From: Gemmatimonadales bacterium | Lineage (GTDB): Bacteria > Gemmatimonadota > Gemmatimonadetes > Gemmatimonadales > GWC2-71-9 | Direction: 5' to 3' | Assembly: GCA_035505915.1 (NCBI GenBank) | Contig: DATJQI010000054.1 | Location: 93,854-157,853 of the forward strand | Length of the DNA: 64,000 nucleotides | Shown: in pieces, positions 19,876 through 29,222 of the stretch | Layout: each line of letters opens with the position of its first letter | Position numbering within the stretch: the stretch's first letter is position 1 | Notes under the pieces: generated by a model | Databases searched by the model: none | The model's input: only the letters and a program-made list of their open reading frames with translations | What the model was told of the DNA's origin: nothing | Translations under genes and position numbers: made by a program

Positions 19876-21402
19876 ATGGCGTTCGAACCTCCCGAGCGGT
19901 TCAACATCGCGGACTATTTCCTGGGGGCGCGCCTCGCCGAGGGCTTGGGGGGGCGGCCGGCGCTGATCACGGACCGGGGCACGAGCACCTACGCCGACGT
20001 CGAGCGCCGGGCGGGAGCGTTCGCGCAGCTGCTCTCGGACGCCGGCATCCTGCCGGAACAACGGGTGATCCTCGCGCTTCCGGACGGCGCCGACTTCGCG
20101 GCCGCGTTGTTCGGCATCCTCAAGATTGGCGCCGTGGTGGTGATGGTCAACCCGCAGCTCGCGGCGGAGCAGATCGCGTACCTCTACTCCTACACGCGGG
20201 CGACGGCCGCCCTGGCGGCGGGGCCCGGCGCCGACTCGTTCGCGGCCGCGGCCGCCGGCGTACGGACCCTCAAGACGCTCATCCGGGTCGACGAGCCGGC
20301 GACGCAGAGCCGCCTCGACTCGGCGTCCGGCGCGGTCCCGTCCTTTCCGACCCACCGCGACGACCCCGCGATCTGGCTCTTTTCCGGCGGGACCACGGGA
20401 CAGCCGAAGGCGGTGGTGCAGACGCACCGGTCGTACGCGAACACCACGGAATGCTACGCCAAGGGCGTCCTGGGATACCGCGCCGACGACGTCACGATCG
20501 CGGTGCCCAAGCTCTTCTTCGGATACGCGATGGGCGCGAACCTCTTCTTCCCGTTCGCGGTGGGGGCCCGCGCGATCCTGTTCGAGGAGCCCGCGACGCC
20601 GGAGGCGCTGTTCACGCGCATCGCGCGGCATCGGCCCACGATCCTGATCAACGTGCCGACGATGGTGAACCGGATGGTGAGCCACCCGGACGCGGCGCGG
20701 CAGGATCTCTCGAGCGTCCGCTTCTCGACCTCCGCCGGGGAGGCGCTGCCGGTGGAGCTGTACCACCGGTGGAAGGCCGCCTTCGGCGTCGAGCTTCTGG
20801 ACGGCCTCGGGACGGCCGAGATGTGGCACATCTTCCTCACCAACCGCGTCGGCGCGGTGCGGCCGGGCACGTTGGGGCAGGTGGTGCCCGGCTTCGAGGT
20901 GAAAGCCGCCGACGAGCGCGGCGTCGACGTCCCGGCGGGTGAGGTGGGTCTCTTGTGGGTGCGCGGCGGGTCGCAGGCGCTGGGGTACTGGCAGCAGCAG
21001 GAGAAGACCCAGCAGACGTTCCGGGGGGACTGGGTGGTGTGCGGCGACCTCGTATCCCGGGACGCGGACGGGTACTTCACTCACCACGGGCGCGCGGACG
21101 AAATGCTCAAGGTCTCCGGCAAGTGGCTCTCGCCCCAGGAAGTGGAGAGCTGCCTCCTGCAGCATCCGGCCGTGCGCGAAGCGGCGGTGGTCGGCGTCTC
21201 CGGCGCGGGCGGGCTCATCAAGCCGCACGCCTTCGTGGTGTCCCGCGAGCGGCGGCCGGAGCTCGGCGAGGAGCTGAAAGCCTTCGTGCGGGAGCGCCTG
21301 GAGCCGTACAAGGCGCCGCGCGACGTGTCGTTCGTCGACGCGCTGCCGCGGACGCATCTCGGGAAAGTCGATCGCGGGAAGCTGCGGCGGGGGAGCGCGT
21401 GA
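19876..21402 (+). CDS. Aryl-CoA ligase of the benzoate / 2-aminobenzoate / 4-hydroxybenzoate-CoA ligase family
   Basis: 508 aa. AMP-binding motif LFSGGTTGQPKAVV. N-terminus FNIADYFLG..G..PALI and the C-terminal ..YKAPRDVSFVDALPRTHLGKVDRGKL are typical of benzoate-CoA ligase-type enzymes. Confidence 0.8.
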   Translation: MAFEPPERFNIADYFLGARLAEGLGGRPALITDRGTSTYADVERRAGAFAQLLSDAGILPEQRVILALPDGADFAAALFGILKIGAVVVMVNPQLAAEQIAYLYSYTRATAALAAGPGADSFAAAAAGVRTLKTLIRVDEPATQSRLDSASGAVPSFPTHRDDPAIWLFSGGTTGQPKAVVQTHRSYANTTECYAKGVLGYRADDVTIAVPKLFFGYAMGANLFFPFAVGARAILFEEPATPEALFTRIARHRPTILINVPTMVNRMVSHPDAARQDLSSVRFSTSAGEALPVELYHRWKAAFGVELLDGLGTAEMWHIFLTNRVGAVRPGTLGQVVPGFEVKAADERGVDVPAGEVGLLWVRGGSQALGYWQQQEKTQQTFRGDWVVCGDLVSRDADGYFTHHGRADEMLKVSGKWLSPQEVESCLLQHPAVREAAVVGVSGAGGLIKPHAFVVSRERRPELGEELKAFVRERLEPYKAPRDVSFVDALPRTHLGKVDRGKLRRGSA

Positions 21403-22337
21403 GTCACCCGGTGCTGATCGCGGACGAGCTCAAGGACCTGCTCGATCCCGCGACGCTCGAGGGTCTGGACGTCACCTGGATCCGTGCCGACGAGCCGACG
21501 CCGACGGGGGATTGGGTCGCCGCCGTTCCGCTCCTCTCGCGCTGGATGGGCGGGACCGAGTTCAAAGGGCTCCCGAAGCTCGGCATCGTGGCGAATTGCG
21601 CGGTCGGCTACAACAACGTCGATCTGGTGGCGGCGGAGATGCGCCGCATCGTGGTGACCAACACGCCGGACGTGCTCACCGCCGCCACCGCCGACCTCAC
21701 CTGGGCCCTGATCCTCGCCTGCGCCCGCCGGCTCCTCGCGGGCGTCGAGCTCGTGAAGAGTGGATCGTGGGCCGGGTGGCACCCGCAGCTCCTGCTCGGG
21801 ATGGAGCTGGAAGGGGCGACCATCGGCATCGTGGGCGCGGGGCGCATCGGCCAGGCGGTGGGCCGCCGGGCCGCGGGGTTCGGCCTGCGGATCCGGTATG
21901 CGGACCGGAAGCCGGTGCCCGACTTCGAGCGGGCGACCGGCGCCACGCGCCTCGAGCTGAAGCCGCTCCTCCGTGACAGCGACGTGGTGACGCTGCACGT
22001 GCCGTCGACGCCGGAGACCCGGGGGATGATCGGGCCCGAGACGCTGGCCCTGATGAAGCCCGGGGCGATTCTGATCAACACCGCGCGCGGGGACCTGGTC
22101 CGCGAAGAGGCCGTGGCGATCGCGCTGGAAGAGGGCACGCTCGGGGCCGCGGGGCTCGACGTCTTCACCGAGGAGCCCGCCGTCCACCCGCGTCTCTTGG
22201 CCGCGCCCCGGACCGTGCTCCTGCCGCACCTCGGCTCCGCCACCTGGCCGACGCGCCGCCGCATGGCGGAGACCGCGCTGGCGAACGTGCGGGCGGTCCT
22301 CGGCGGACGGCCGCCGTTGACCCCGGTGGTCCCCTAG
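21399..22337 (+). CDS. D-isomer-specific 2-hydroxyacid dehydrogenase (glyoxylate/hydroxypyruvate reductase-like)
   Basis: GTG at 21399 overlaps the ligase stop (GTGA). NAD motif [16 protein letters not shown] and catalytic region ..NTARGDLV...LDVF..EP...PHLGSAT. Confidence 0.85.
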   Translation: MSHPVLIADELKDLLDPATLEGLDVTWIRADEPTPTGDWVAAVPLLSRWMGGTEFKGLPKLGIVANCAVGYNNVDLVAAEMRRIVVTNTPDVLTAATADLTWALILACARRLLAGVELVKSGSWAGWHPQLLLGMELEGATIGIVGAGRIGQAVGRRAAGFGLRIRYADRKPVPDFERATGATRLELKPLLRDSDVVTLHVPSTPETRGMIGPETLALMKPGAILINTARGDLVREEAVAIALEEGTLGAAGLDVFTEEPAVHPRLLAAPRTVLLPHLGSATWPTRRRMAETALANVRAVLGGRPPLTPVVP

Positions 22338-22355
22338 TTAGCTTTCACGCTCGGA

Positions 22356-22910
22356 ATGACCCCCCACAACGATCGCAGCATTCTCCTCGACGCCCGTGCC
22401 TTCGCGCGGGCGCTTCAGCGTATGGCGGTCGAAATCACCGAGCTCGCGCCCGCCGCCGAGCACCTGGTGTTGATCGGCATTCAACGCCGGGGCGTCGAGC
22501 TGGCGGAGCGGCTGGCCCAGCTGATCGAGAAGAACGGGGGCCCGAGCGTGCGGCGGGGGGCCCTCGACATCACGCTCTACCGGGACGACCTGGAGACCGT
22601 GGGTCCCAAGCCGGTGATCGGCGAGACTCGGATCCCGGGAGACCTGAGCGGCAGCCACGTGGTGATCGTCGACGACGTGCTCTACACGGGCCGGACCGTC
22701 CGCGCCGCGCTGGACGAGCTGGCCGATTTCGGCCGCCCCCGCCGCATCTCCCTCTGCGTGCTGGTGGACCGTGGCGGGCGGGAGCTGCCCATCGCCGCCG
22801 ACGTGGTGGGGAAAGCGGTCAAGACCGGCCCGCGCGACCGGGTGGACGTCGGGGTGAAGGAGCTGGATGGGAAGGACGAAGTCACGGTGGTCCGGGGAGG
22901 CCCGGCGTGA
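22356..22910 (+). CDS. pyrR: Bifunctional pyrimidine operon regulator / uracil phosphoribosyltransferase PyrR
   Basis: PRPP motif [18 protein letters not shown]. 184 aa. Immediately upstream of pyrB. Confidence 0.9.
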   Translation: MTPHNDRSILLDARAFARALQRMAVEITELAPAAEHLVLIGIQRRGVELAERLAQLIEKNGGPSVRRGALDITLYRDDLETVGPKPVIGETRIPGDLSGSHVVIVDDVLYTGRTVRAALDELADFGRPRRISLCVLVDRGGRELPIAADVVGKAVKTGPRDRVDVGVKELDGKDEVTVVRGGPA

Positions 22911-23878
22911 CGGCCATCGGCAAGGACCTGGTGGGGCTCGAGCACCTGTCGCCCGAGCAGATCCGGCTGATCCTGGACACCGCCGAGCCGTTCAAGGAGG
23001 TGTCCGAGCGGCCCATCAAGAAGGTCCCGGCGCTGCGCGGCAAGACCATCGTCAACCTCTTCTTCGAAGCCTCCACCCGTACCCGCATCTCCTTTGAATT
23101 CGCCGAAAAACGCCTGTCCGCCGACACCGTCAACGTGGCGGTGTCGGGGTCGTCCGTGTCGAAAGGCGAGACTCTGGTGGACACGGCCCGCAACCTCGAA
23201 GCGATGCGGATCGACATGGTGGTGATCCGCCACGGCTCCTCGGGGGCGGCGCAATTCCTGGGGAGCCGGATCCGGTCCAACGTGATCAACGCGGGGGACG
23301 GTAAGCACGAGCACCCCACCCAGGGCCTGCTCGACCTGCTGACCATCCGGGACCGGCACGGGCGCATCGAAGGACTCAAGGTCTGCCTGGTGGGCGACAT
23401 CCTCCACAGCCGCGTCGCGCGCTCGAACCTCTGGGGGCTCACCAAGCTCGGGGCCGAGGTGGGGGTCTGCGGTCCGCGGACGCTGCTGCCGCGCGGCATC
23501 GAGGAGCTGGGCGTGCAGGTCTTCGATCGCATCGAACAGGCCATCGAGTGGGCGGACGTGCTCAACGTGCTGCGGCTCCAGCTCGAGCGGATGGAGAAGG
23601 GCTTCATCCCTTCGCTGCGCGAGTACTACCGGGTCTTCGGCGTCACCGAAGAGCGGCTGGCGCAGGCCCGGCGCGACATCACCGTGATGCATCCCGGGCC
23701 GATGAACCGCGGCGTGGAGATCGACAGCCGCGTGGCCGACGGCCCGCACAGCGTGATCCTCGACCAGGTGACCAACGGGGTGGCGATCCGGATGGCGGTT
23801 CTTTATCTGCTCGCCGGCGGCAAGCCGGAGCTGGCCGACGCGGCGAAGCGCGGTGCCGCGGGCGGGGGGGCCGAATGA
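22907..23878 (+). CDS. pyrB: Aspartate carbamoyltransferase catalytic subunit
   Basis: [13 protein letters not shown] and [10 protein letters not shown] motifs. GTG start overlaps the pyrR stop (GTGA). Confidence 0.95.
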   Translation: MTAIGKDLVGLEHLSPEQIRLILDTAEPFKEVSERPIKKVPALRGKTIVNLFFEASTRTRISFEFAEKRLSADTVNVAVSGSSVSKGETLVDTARNLEAMRIDMVVIRHGSSGAAQFLGSRIRSNVINAGDGKHEHPTQGLLDLLTIRDRHGRIEGLKVCLVGDILHSRVARSNLWGLTKLGAEVGVCGPRTLLPRGIEELGVQVFDRIEQAIEWADVLNVLRLQLERMEKGFIPSLREYYRVFGVTEERLAQARRDITVMHPGPMNRGVEIDSRVADGPHSVILDQVTNGVAIRMAVLYLLAGGKPELADAAKRGAAGGGAE

Positions 23879-25182
23879 CGCGGCCCTTGCTGCTCCGCGG
23901 CGGCCGGGTGATCGATCCGAGCCGCGGCATCGACGAAGTGGCGGACCTCCTGGTGCAGGACGGCAAGATCGCCGGACTGGGGCGGGGACTCGGCGCGCCG
24001 GACGGCGGCGAGGTCCGGGACGTCACCGGGCTCGTGGTCGCGCCCGGACTCGTCGACGTGCACGTGCACTTCCGCGAGCCCGGAAACGAGGATGAAGAGA
24101 CGGTCGCCACCGGCGCGCGGGCCGCCGTCACCGGCGGCTATACCGCGGTCTGCGCGATGCCCAACACCGACCCGGTCACCGACAATCAGGCGGCCGTGGG
24201 ATTCATCGTGCGGCAGTCGGTGCGGGCCGGTCTGGCGCGGGTCTACCCCATCGGCGCCGTGTCGGTGGGGCAGCGGGGAGAGAAGCTCGCGGAGTTCGGC
24301 GAAATGGTGGGCGCGGGCGCGGTGGCGGTGTCCGACGACGGCCGGCCGGTGGCCTCGGGGCACCTGATGCGCACCGCGCTCGAGTACGCGCGGACCTTCG
24401 ACATTCCGGTGGCCGATCACTGCGAAGAGCCGACGCTGTTCACCGGCGGCGTGATGCACGAGGGCCTGGTCTCGTCCCGGCTGGGGCTGAAGGGGATCCC
24501 GGCCGCGGCCGAGGAAATCATGGTCGCGCGGGATCTGCTGCTCGCGGAGCTGACGGGCGGGCACGTGCATCTCTGCCACATGTCCACCCGCGGCTCGGTG
24601 GCGTTCATCCGCCGGGCCAAGGAGCGGAACGTCCGGGTGACGGCGGAGGTCACGCCCCACCATCTGACCCTGACCGATCATGCGTGCGAGGGCTACGACA
24701 CCAACGCCAAGATGAACCCGCCGCTGCGGGAAGCGGCGGACGTCGCGGCGCTCCGGCAGGCGCTGGTGGAGGGCGTGATCGACTGCATCGCGACCGACCA
24801 CGCCCCGCATGCCTACGACGAGAAGGACGCCGCGTTCGACGACGCCCCGTTCGGGATCGTCGGACTCGAGACCGGGTTCGGGGTGGCGCACACGGAGCTG
24901 GTGGAGGGGGGCGTCCTGTCCCTCCCCGACCTGATTCACCGGATGAGCACGGCCCCGGCGCGGGCCTTCCATCTTCCGGGGGGCGGGCTGCGCATCGGCG
25001 CCGTGGCGGACGTCTGCGTCCTGGACGTCCGGACCCCCTGGACCGTGGATGCCGCCGCCTTCCACTCGAAGAGCCGGAATTCCCCCTTCGGCGGCCGGCG
25101 GCTGACCGGGGCCGCCCGGATGACCCTGGTGGCGGGCCGCCTGGTGCATGATGTGCCCGCGCCGGGTGCCCGGGGGGCGTAG
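23875..25182 (+). CDS. pyrC: Dihydroorotase
   Basis: ATG at 23875 overlaps the pyrB stop (ATGA). [12 protein letters not shown]..., ..ATDHAPH.. amidohydrolase motifs. 435 aa. Confidence 0.9.
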   Translation: MTRPLLLRGGRVIDPSRGIDEVADLLVQDGKIAGLGRGLGAPDGGEVRDVTGLVVAPGLVDVHVHFREPGNEDEETVATGARAAVTGGYTAVCAMPNTDPVTDNQAAVGFIVRQSVRAGLARVYPIGAVSVGQRGEKLAEFGEMVGAGAVAVSDDGRPVASGHLMRTALEYARTFDIPVADHCEEPTLFTGGVMHEGLVSSRLGLKGIPAAAEEIMVARDLLLAELTGGHVHLCHMSTRGSVAFIRRAKERNVRVTAEVTPHHLTLTDHACEGYDTNAKMNPPLREAADVAALRQALVEGVIDCIATDHAPHAYDEKDAAFDDAPFGIVGLETGFGVAHTELVEGGVLSLPDLIHRMSTAPARAFHLPGGGLRIGAVADVCVLDVRTPWTVDAAAFHSKSRNSPFGGRRLTGAARMTLVAGRLVHDVPAPGARGA

Positions 25183-25259
25183 GCCGGGGCCGGAGCGGAC
25201 GGTTCCCCGGGTATGTATCTTCCGGGCTGACGAACCCGTGGCCCGCAGTCGGAGAACGC

Positions 25260-26207
25260 ATGCCTCCTAAGACACCCGCCCCCAAGGGCACCGCCGCCAT
25301 CCAGCGCCTGCTGGACGAGCGCCGGCAGTACGAAGCCTGGATCGCGCGCATCGACGCGGCGGCGGATTCGACGCCCGACGCGGTGCGCGGCCGGGTGCGC
25401 GCGGATTACGAGGCGCGTCTCGTGGGTGTGATCAAGGAGCTGAAGACCCACATGGAGGCGGCGCGCCAGGTCATCGCGCAGCGCCGTCTGGTCCTCACCG
25501 AGCTGCAGCAGAAGGAGGCGGGAGCCGCCGAGCGTCTGGCCGAGGCCGAGCTCCGGCACGCGGTGGGTGAGTACGACGAAGGGCAGTGGACCCAGGTACA
25601 CAAGCAGGCGCTGTCGGAGCTGGTATCCATCCGCGAGGAGCTGCAGGCCGTCGCGACCGAGGTCGAGAAGCTCGAGGAGCTCGACGCGCTGATCTCGGAG
25701 CCTCCGGCAGCTCCGCCGCCCGCTCCGGCGCCGGCGCCGGCGCCCGCTCCGCGGACCGCGGCACCGCCGCCACCGCCGCCGGCGGCCGAGCCGGCGCTGA
25801 CCGTGGTGTCGGACCGGGGCCGTGGAGCCCCCCCCGCGCCACCGCGCCCCCAGCCCAAGCCCGTGGAGGAGAAGCGCCCCGCGGAGAAGAAGCACGAGCC
25901 GGTGGACGAGCTGGCGTTCCTGAAGTCGGTCACTGAGGACGCCCGCGGGGGCGGTGTGTCGCCGCGCCGGGCCAGCGGCGCGCAATACCAGCCGTCCGAT
26001 CTCACGCCCGAGCACCCGGCGCCGCCGGCGAATACGCAGCTGCCGGGGCGCCCGCCGCGGGTCACCGCCGACGTGGATCCGGTGATCGTGGGGGACGATG
26101 GTGTGGAGGAGCCGGTGAAGACGCTCCGCTGCAAGGATTGCGGAACGATGAACCTGCCGACCGAGTGGTACTGCGAGAACTGCGGGGCCGAGCTCGCCGC
26201 CCTCTAG
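25260..26207 (+). CDS. Coiled-coil / Pro-Ala-rich protein with C-terminal zinc ribbon
   Basis: RBS ggaga upstream of the ATG. N-terminal 140-aa heptad-rich region, PAPAPAPAP linker, and C-terminal CKDCGTMNLPTEWYCENCGAEL (CxxC-N10-CxxC). Confidence 0.6.
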   Translation: MPPKTPAPKGTAAIQRLLDERRQYEAWIARIDAAADSTPDAVRGRVRADYEARLVGVIKELKTHMEAARQVIAQRRLVLTELQQKEAGAAERLAEAELRHAVGEYDEGQWTQVHKQALSELVSIREELQAVATEVEKLEELDALISEPPAAPPPAPAPAPAPAPRTAAPPPPPPAAEPALTVVSDRGRGAPPAPPRPQPKPVEEKRPAEKKHEPVDELAFLKSVTEDARGGGVSPRRASGAQYQPSDLTPEHPAPPANTQLPGRPPRVTADVDPVIVGDDGVEEPVKTLRCKDCGTMNLPTEWYCENCGAELAAL

Positions 26208-26461
26208 GCCTTCTTGGTCCTGACCAGCGCCGCGAGCCGCGATTTCTGCCTCGCGGCGTTGTTCTTGTGGATCAATCCTTTGCGGGCGGCCCGATCGAGC
26301 AGCTGAACGGCGCGCGCGTACGCGGTGCCGGCGGCGGCGGCCGTGGAGGCGGTGCGGACGTGCTTCAGGGCGGTCCGGAGCTCGGAATTCTGAGCGCGGT
26401 TGACGATGGTGCGAGCGCGGGCCTGGCGCAGCGCTTTCTTGGCGGACTTGATTTTCGGCAC
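26204..26461 (-). CDS. rpsT: 30S ribosomal protein S20
   Basis: PKIKSAKKALRQARARTIVNRAQNSELRTALK. GTG start with aggaga RBS. Confidence 0.95.
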   Translation of the reverse strand: MPKIKSAKKALRQARARTIVNRAQNSELRTALKHVRTASTAAAAGTAYARAVQLLDRAARKGLIHKNNAARQKSRLAALVRTKKA

Positions 26462-26484
26462 AAGGTCTCCTGTTCGAGGCGCGG

Positions 26485-26513
26485 AAAATAGACGGTAAGT
26501 TGTGGGGGATCAA
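26485..26513 (-). promoter_or_regulatory. Candidate sigma-70 promoter of rpsT
   Basis: Minus strand reads TTGATC, 17 nt, TATTTT, about 24 nt upstream of the rpsT start. Confidence 0.5.
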
Positions 26514-26525
26514 GGCCCTACGGCG

Positions 26526-26554
26526 TTGACCGGGGTACGGTCCCTTCCTATCTT
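26526..26554 (+). promoter_or_regulatory. Candidate sigma-70 promoter of the M50-scpA-scpB-rluB string
   Basis: TTGACC, 17 nt, TATCTT, divergent from the rpsT promoter. Confidence 0.5.
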
Positions 26555-26610
26555 AGATCGTCGCCGACGCTGAGCGTGTTATCACCCTCGACATCCTGCT
26601 CTGGGCCACG

Positions 26611-27249
26611 GTGTTGCTGTTCTCGATGGTGGCGCACGAGTATGCCCACGCCGCGACGGCCTTCCGCCAAGGTGACGACACCGCTTCCTCCCTGGGGCGG
26701 CTGACGCTGAACCCTCTGAAACACATCGATCCCATCATGACCGTCCTCGTGCCCATCGGGCTGTGGGTGGCGTCACACGGGACCTGGACCTTCGGCGCGG
26801 CCAAGCCGGTGCCGGTGGACCCCTCGAAGTTCCGGGACCATCCGTCGGGGGACATCATCGTGTCCCTGGCCGGGATCGTCACCAACCTGGGGCTCTTCGT
26901 GGCCTGCGTGCTGGCGTACATCCTCGTGGGCGTGGTCGGCGGGGCGAGTCCCCGGGTCGCGGAGGCGGTCCAGGGGGCGTTGTGGTCCGGGATCGCGGTG
27001 AACCTGCTGCTCGCGTTCTTCAACCTGATTCCGATCCCGCCCCTCGACGGCAGCCGCGTGTTGTACCAATTCCTGCCGCCCGTGGCGCGGGCCCGGTACC
27101 GGCAGCTGTTCCGGTTCGGCCTCCTGCCCATCGTCGCGATCAGCCTGCTCTTGCCCGGGGTCATCGACGTCCTGCTCTGGCCCGCCTTCCGGCTGATGGA
27201 TGTGGCCGGGATGCTGATCCACGGATTCACGATCAAGGTGGCCGCATGA
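26611..27249 (+). CDS. Site-2 protease (peptidase M50) family membrane metalloprotease
   Basis: HEYAH zinc motif, several TM helices, and the ..NLIPIPPLDGSRV motif. The start is uncertain because GTG 26611 leaves only 8 aa before HExxH (see findings). Confidence 0.8.
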   Translation: MLLFSMVAHEYAHAATAFRQGDDTASSLGRLTLNPLKHIDPIMTVLVPIGLWVASHGTWTFGAAKPVPVDPSKFRDHPSGDIIVSLAGIVTNLGLFVACVLAYILVGVVGGASPRVAEAVQGALWSGIAVNLLLAFFNLIPIPPLDGSRVLYQFLPPVARARYRQLFRFGLLPIVAISLLLPGVIDVLLWPAFRLMDVAGMLIHGFTIKVAA

Positions 27250-27986
27250 GCGCACCGACCCATCCGGTCCTGACCGGCCCGCCCGGCTTCGTCATCGAGC
27301 TGGACCAGTTCTCGGGTCCCCTCGACCTCCTGCTGCACCTGATCCGCGAGGACGAAGTCGATATCACGGATCTCCCCATCGCGAAGATCGCCGACCAGTT
27401 CCTGGCGGTGATCAACGAGCTGGGCCTGAATCAGGCCGCGGACTATCTGGAGATGGCGGCCCGGCTCCTCCGCATCAAGGCGCAGATGCTGCTGCCGCGG
27501 CACCTGGGGGACGACGAATGGGAGGACCCGCGCTCCGAGCTGGTCCGGCGGCTCCTCGAGTACCAGCAGATCCGCGAGCTGGTGGACTGGCTGCAGCGGG
27601 CCGCGGCGGTCCGGGCCGAGCAGTACGGACGCGGCTACGAGGCGCCGGCCCCGGACGCGCCGCCGGCGCCCCTCGAGCTCGACCTCAACGACCTCCTGGC
27701 CGCGGCGGAGCGGGTGATCTCGCTCATCCCCGAGCCGATGATCCACCGGGTGGTCCCGCGACCCCTCGACGTCGAAGGCGCCACCCGGCGGATCCACGCG
27801 CTGCTCGAGTCCCGCGAGGAGTTCGGGTGGCTCGACATCGTGGGGGAGACGCCCTCGATCGTCGACGTGCTGTCCACGTTCATCGCCCTCCTCGAGCTGG
27901 CCAAGCGCCAGACGGTCCGGCTGGACCAGCCGTCGCCCTTCGCCCCCATGGTGATCCGCCGTGAGTCCCCTCGCGAAGCTGCTTGA
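27246..27986 (+). CDS. scpA: Segregation and condensation protein A
   Basis: ATG overlaps the M50 stop (ATGA). FSGPLDLLLHLIREDEVDITDLPIAKIADQFL is the ScpA N-terminal signature. Confidence 0.9.
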   Translation: MSAPTHPVLTGPPGFVIELDQFSGPLDLLLHLIREDEVDITDLPIAKIADQFLAVINELGLNQAADYLEMAARLLRIKAQMLLPRHLGDDEWEDPRSELVRRLLEYQQIRELVDWLQRAAAVRAEQYGRGYEAPAPDAPPAPLELDLNDLLAAAERVISLIPEPMIHRVVPRPLDVEGATRRIHALLESREEFGWLDIVGETPSIVDVLSTFIALLELAKRQTVRLDQPSPFAPMVIRRESPREAA

Positions 27987-28509
27987 GGCGGCGCTGTTCG
28001 CCTCGAGCCGGCCCCTCACCGTCGAGGAGCTCGCGTCGCTGGACGCCGAAGCCGGCGAGCCGGCGGTGCGCGCGGCGCTGGGCGAGATCCGTGAGGAATT
28101 CGAGGGGGACCGCCACGGCGTCGCCCTGGTCGAAATCGCGGGCGGCTGGCAGTTCCTGACCCGGCGCGAGCACGCCGAAGCGATCGACCGCGCGGCGTTC
28201 GCGCTCCGGCCCCGCCGCCTGTCGCCGGCGGCGCTCGAGACCCTCGCCATCATCGCGTACAAGCAGCCGGTCGGCCGTGTGGAAGTCGACGAGATCCGCG
28301 GCGTGGATTCGGGCGCGGTGATCGACAAGCTGGTGGAGCGCGGCCTCATCGAGATCGCCTCCCGGGGCGAAGGACTCGGCCGCCCGCTCCTGTACGGCAC
28401 CACGCCGTCGTTCCTCGAGCTCCTCGGTCTCCAGGACCTGGAGGAACTGCCGCGTCTCGAAGAGCTGTCGGTCGCGCTCCGCCCGCCCGCGCCGGCCGAG
28501 CCCGAATGA
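27961..28509 (+). CDS. scpB: Segregation and condensation protein B
   Basis: LEAALFASSRPLTVEELA...LETLAIIAYKQPV.R.EVDEIRGV is the ScpB signature. Confidence 0.9.
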   Translation: MSPLAKLLEAALFASSRPLTVEELASLDAEAGEPAVRAALGEIREEFEGDRHGVALVEIAGGWQFLTRREHAEAIDRAAFALRPRRLSPAALETLAIIAYKQPVGRVEVDEIRGVDSGAVIDKLVERGLIEIASRGEGLGRPLLYGTTPSFLELLGLQDLEELPRLEELSVALRPPAPAEPE

Positions 28510-29222
28510 CCGACATGCGCCTGCAGCGCGCTCTGGCGCGCGCAGGCGTCACGTCCCGGCGCAAGGCCGAGGACCTGATCCGCGCCGGACGCGTGCGCGT
28601 GGACGGCGTCGTCGCCGAAATCGGGAGCAAGGTCGACCCCGGCCGCCAGCGGGTCACCGTGGACGGCCGGCCGCTGGCGGCGCCCGCCGTCGCCTGGTTC
28701 GCGCTCAACAAGCCCCTCGGCTACGTCGTGAGCCGCGGCGATCCGGAAGGGCGCCGCACCATTTACGACCTCCTCCCCAAAGTGCCCGGGCTGGCCTACG
28801 TTGGACGGCTGGACGTGATGACGTCGGGTCTCCTGCTGTGCACCACGGACGGCGATGCCGCGCACCGGCTCACCCATCCGAGCTTCGCGGTGGAGCGCAC
28901 CTACTGGCTCCGCGTGCACGGCCGTCCCGCGAGCGACGTCAAGCGGGCACTGGCGAGCCGCCCCGTCGTCGAGGGCCGTCCCGTCGTGATCCGCGAGGCG
29001 CGGGTGCGGCCCGCGGGCCGGAGCCTGGAAATCGAGCTGACCCTGGCCGAGGGCCGGCACCGCATCGTGCGCCGGCTGGCCGAGGAGCTGGGGCTGAAGG
29101 TGGAGTGGCTGCATCGCGTGTCGTACGGGCCGGTGCGGCTGGGAAAGCTGCCGGAAGGGCAGTGGCGCGCGCTCACGCCGCGGGAGATTCAGGCCATCGG
29201 ACGGATCCGTGCACCTCGCTGA
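28506..29222 (+). CDS. rluB: Pseudouridine synthase, RluB/RsuA family
   Basis: S4 domain RLQRALARAGVTSRRKAEDLIRAGRVRVDG plus catalytic GRLDVMTSGLLLCTTDG. ATGA overlap with scpB. Confidence 0.85.
   Translation: MTDMRLQRALARAGVTSRRKAEDLIRAGRVRVDGVVAEIGSKVDPGRQRVTVDGRPLAAPAVAWFALNKPLGYVVSRGDPEGRRTIYDLLPKVPGLAYVGRLDVMTSGLLLCTTDGDAAHRLTHPSFAVERTYWLRVHGRPASDVKRALASRPVVEGRPVVIREARVRPAGRSLEIELTLAEGRHRIVRRLAEELGLKVEWLHRVSYGPVRLGKLPEGQWRALTPREIQAIGRIRAPR

Noticed and set aside
22338-22355. PyrR-binding anti-antiterminator RNA upstream of pyrR/pyrB
   Set aside because: The intergenic region is only 18 nt, no ARUCCAGAGAGG-like loop is visible, and the pyrR-pyrB and pyrB-pyrC junctions overlap, leaving no room for attenuators.
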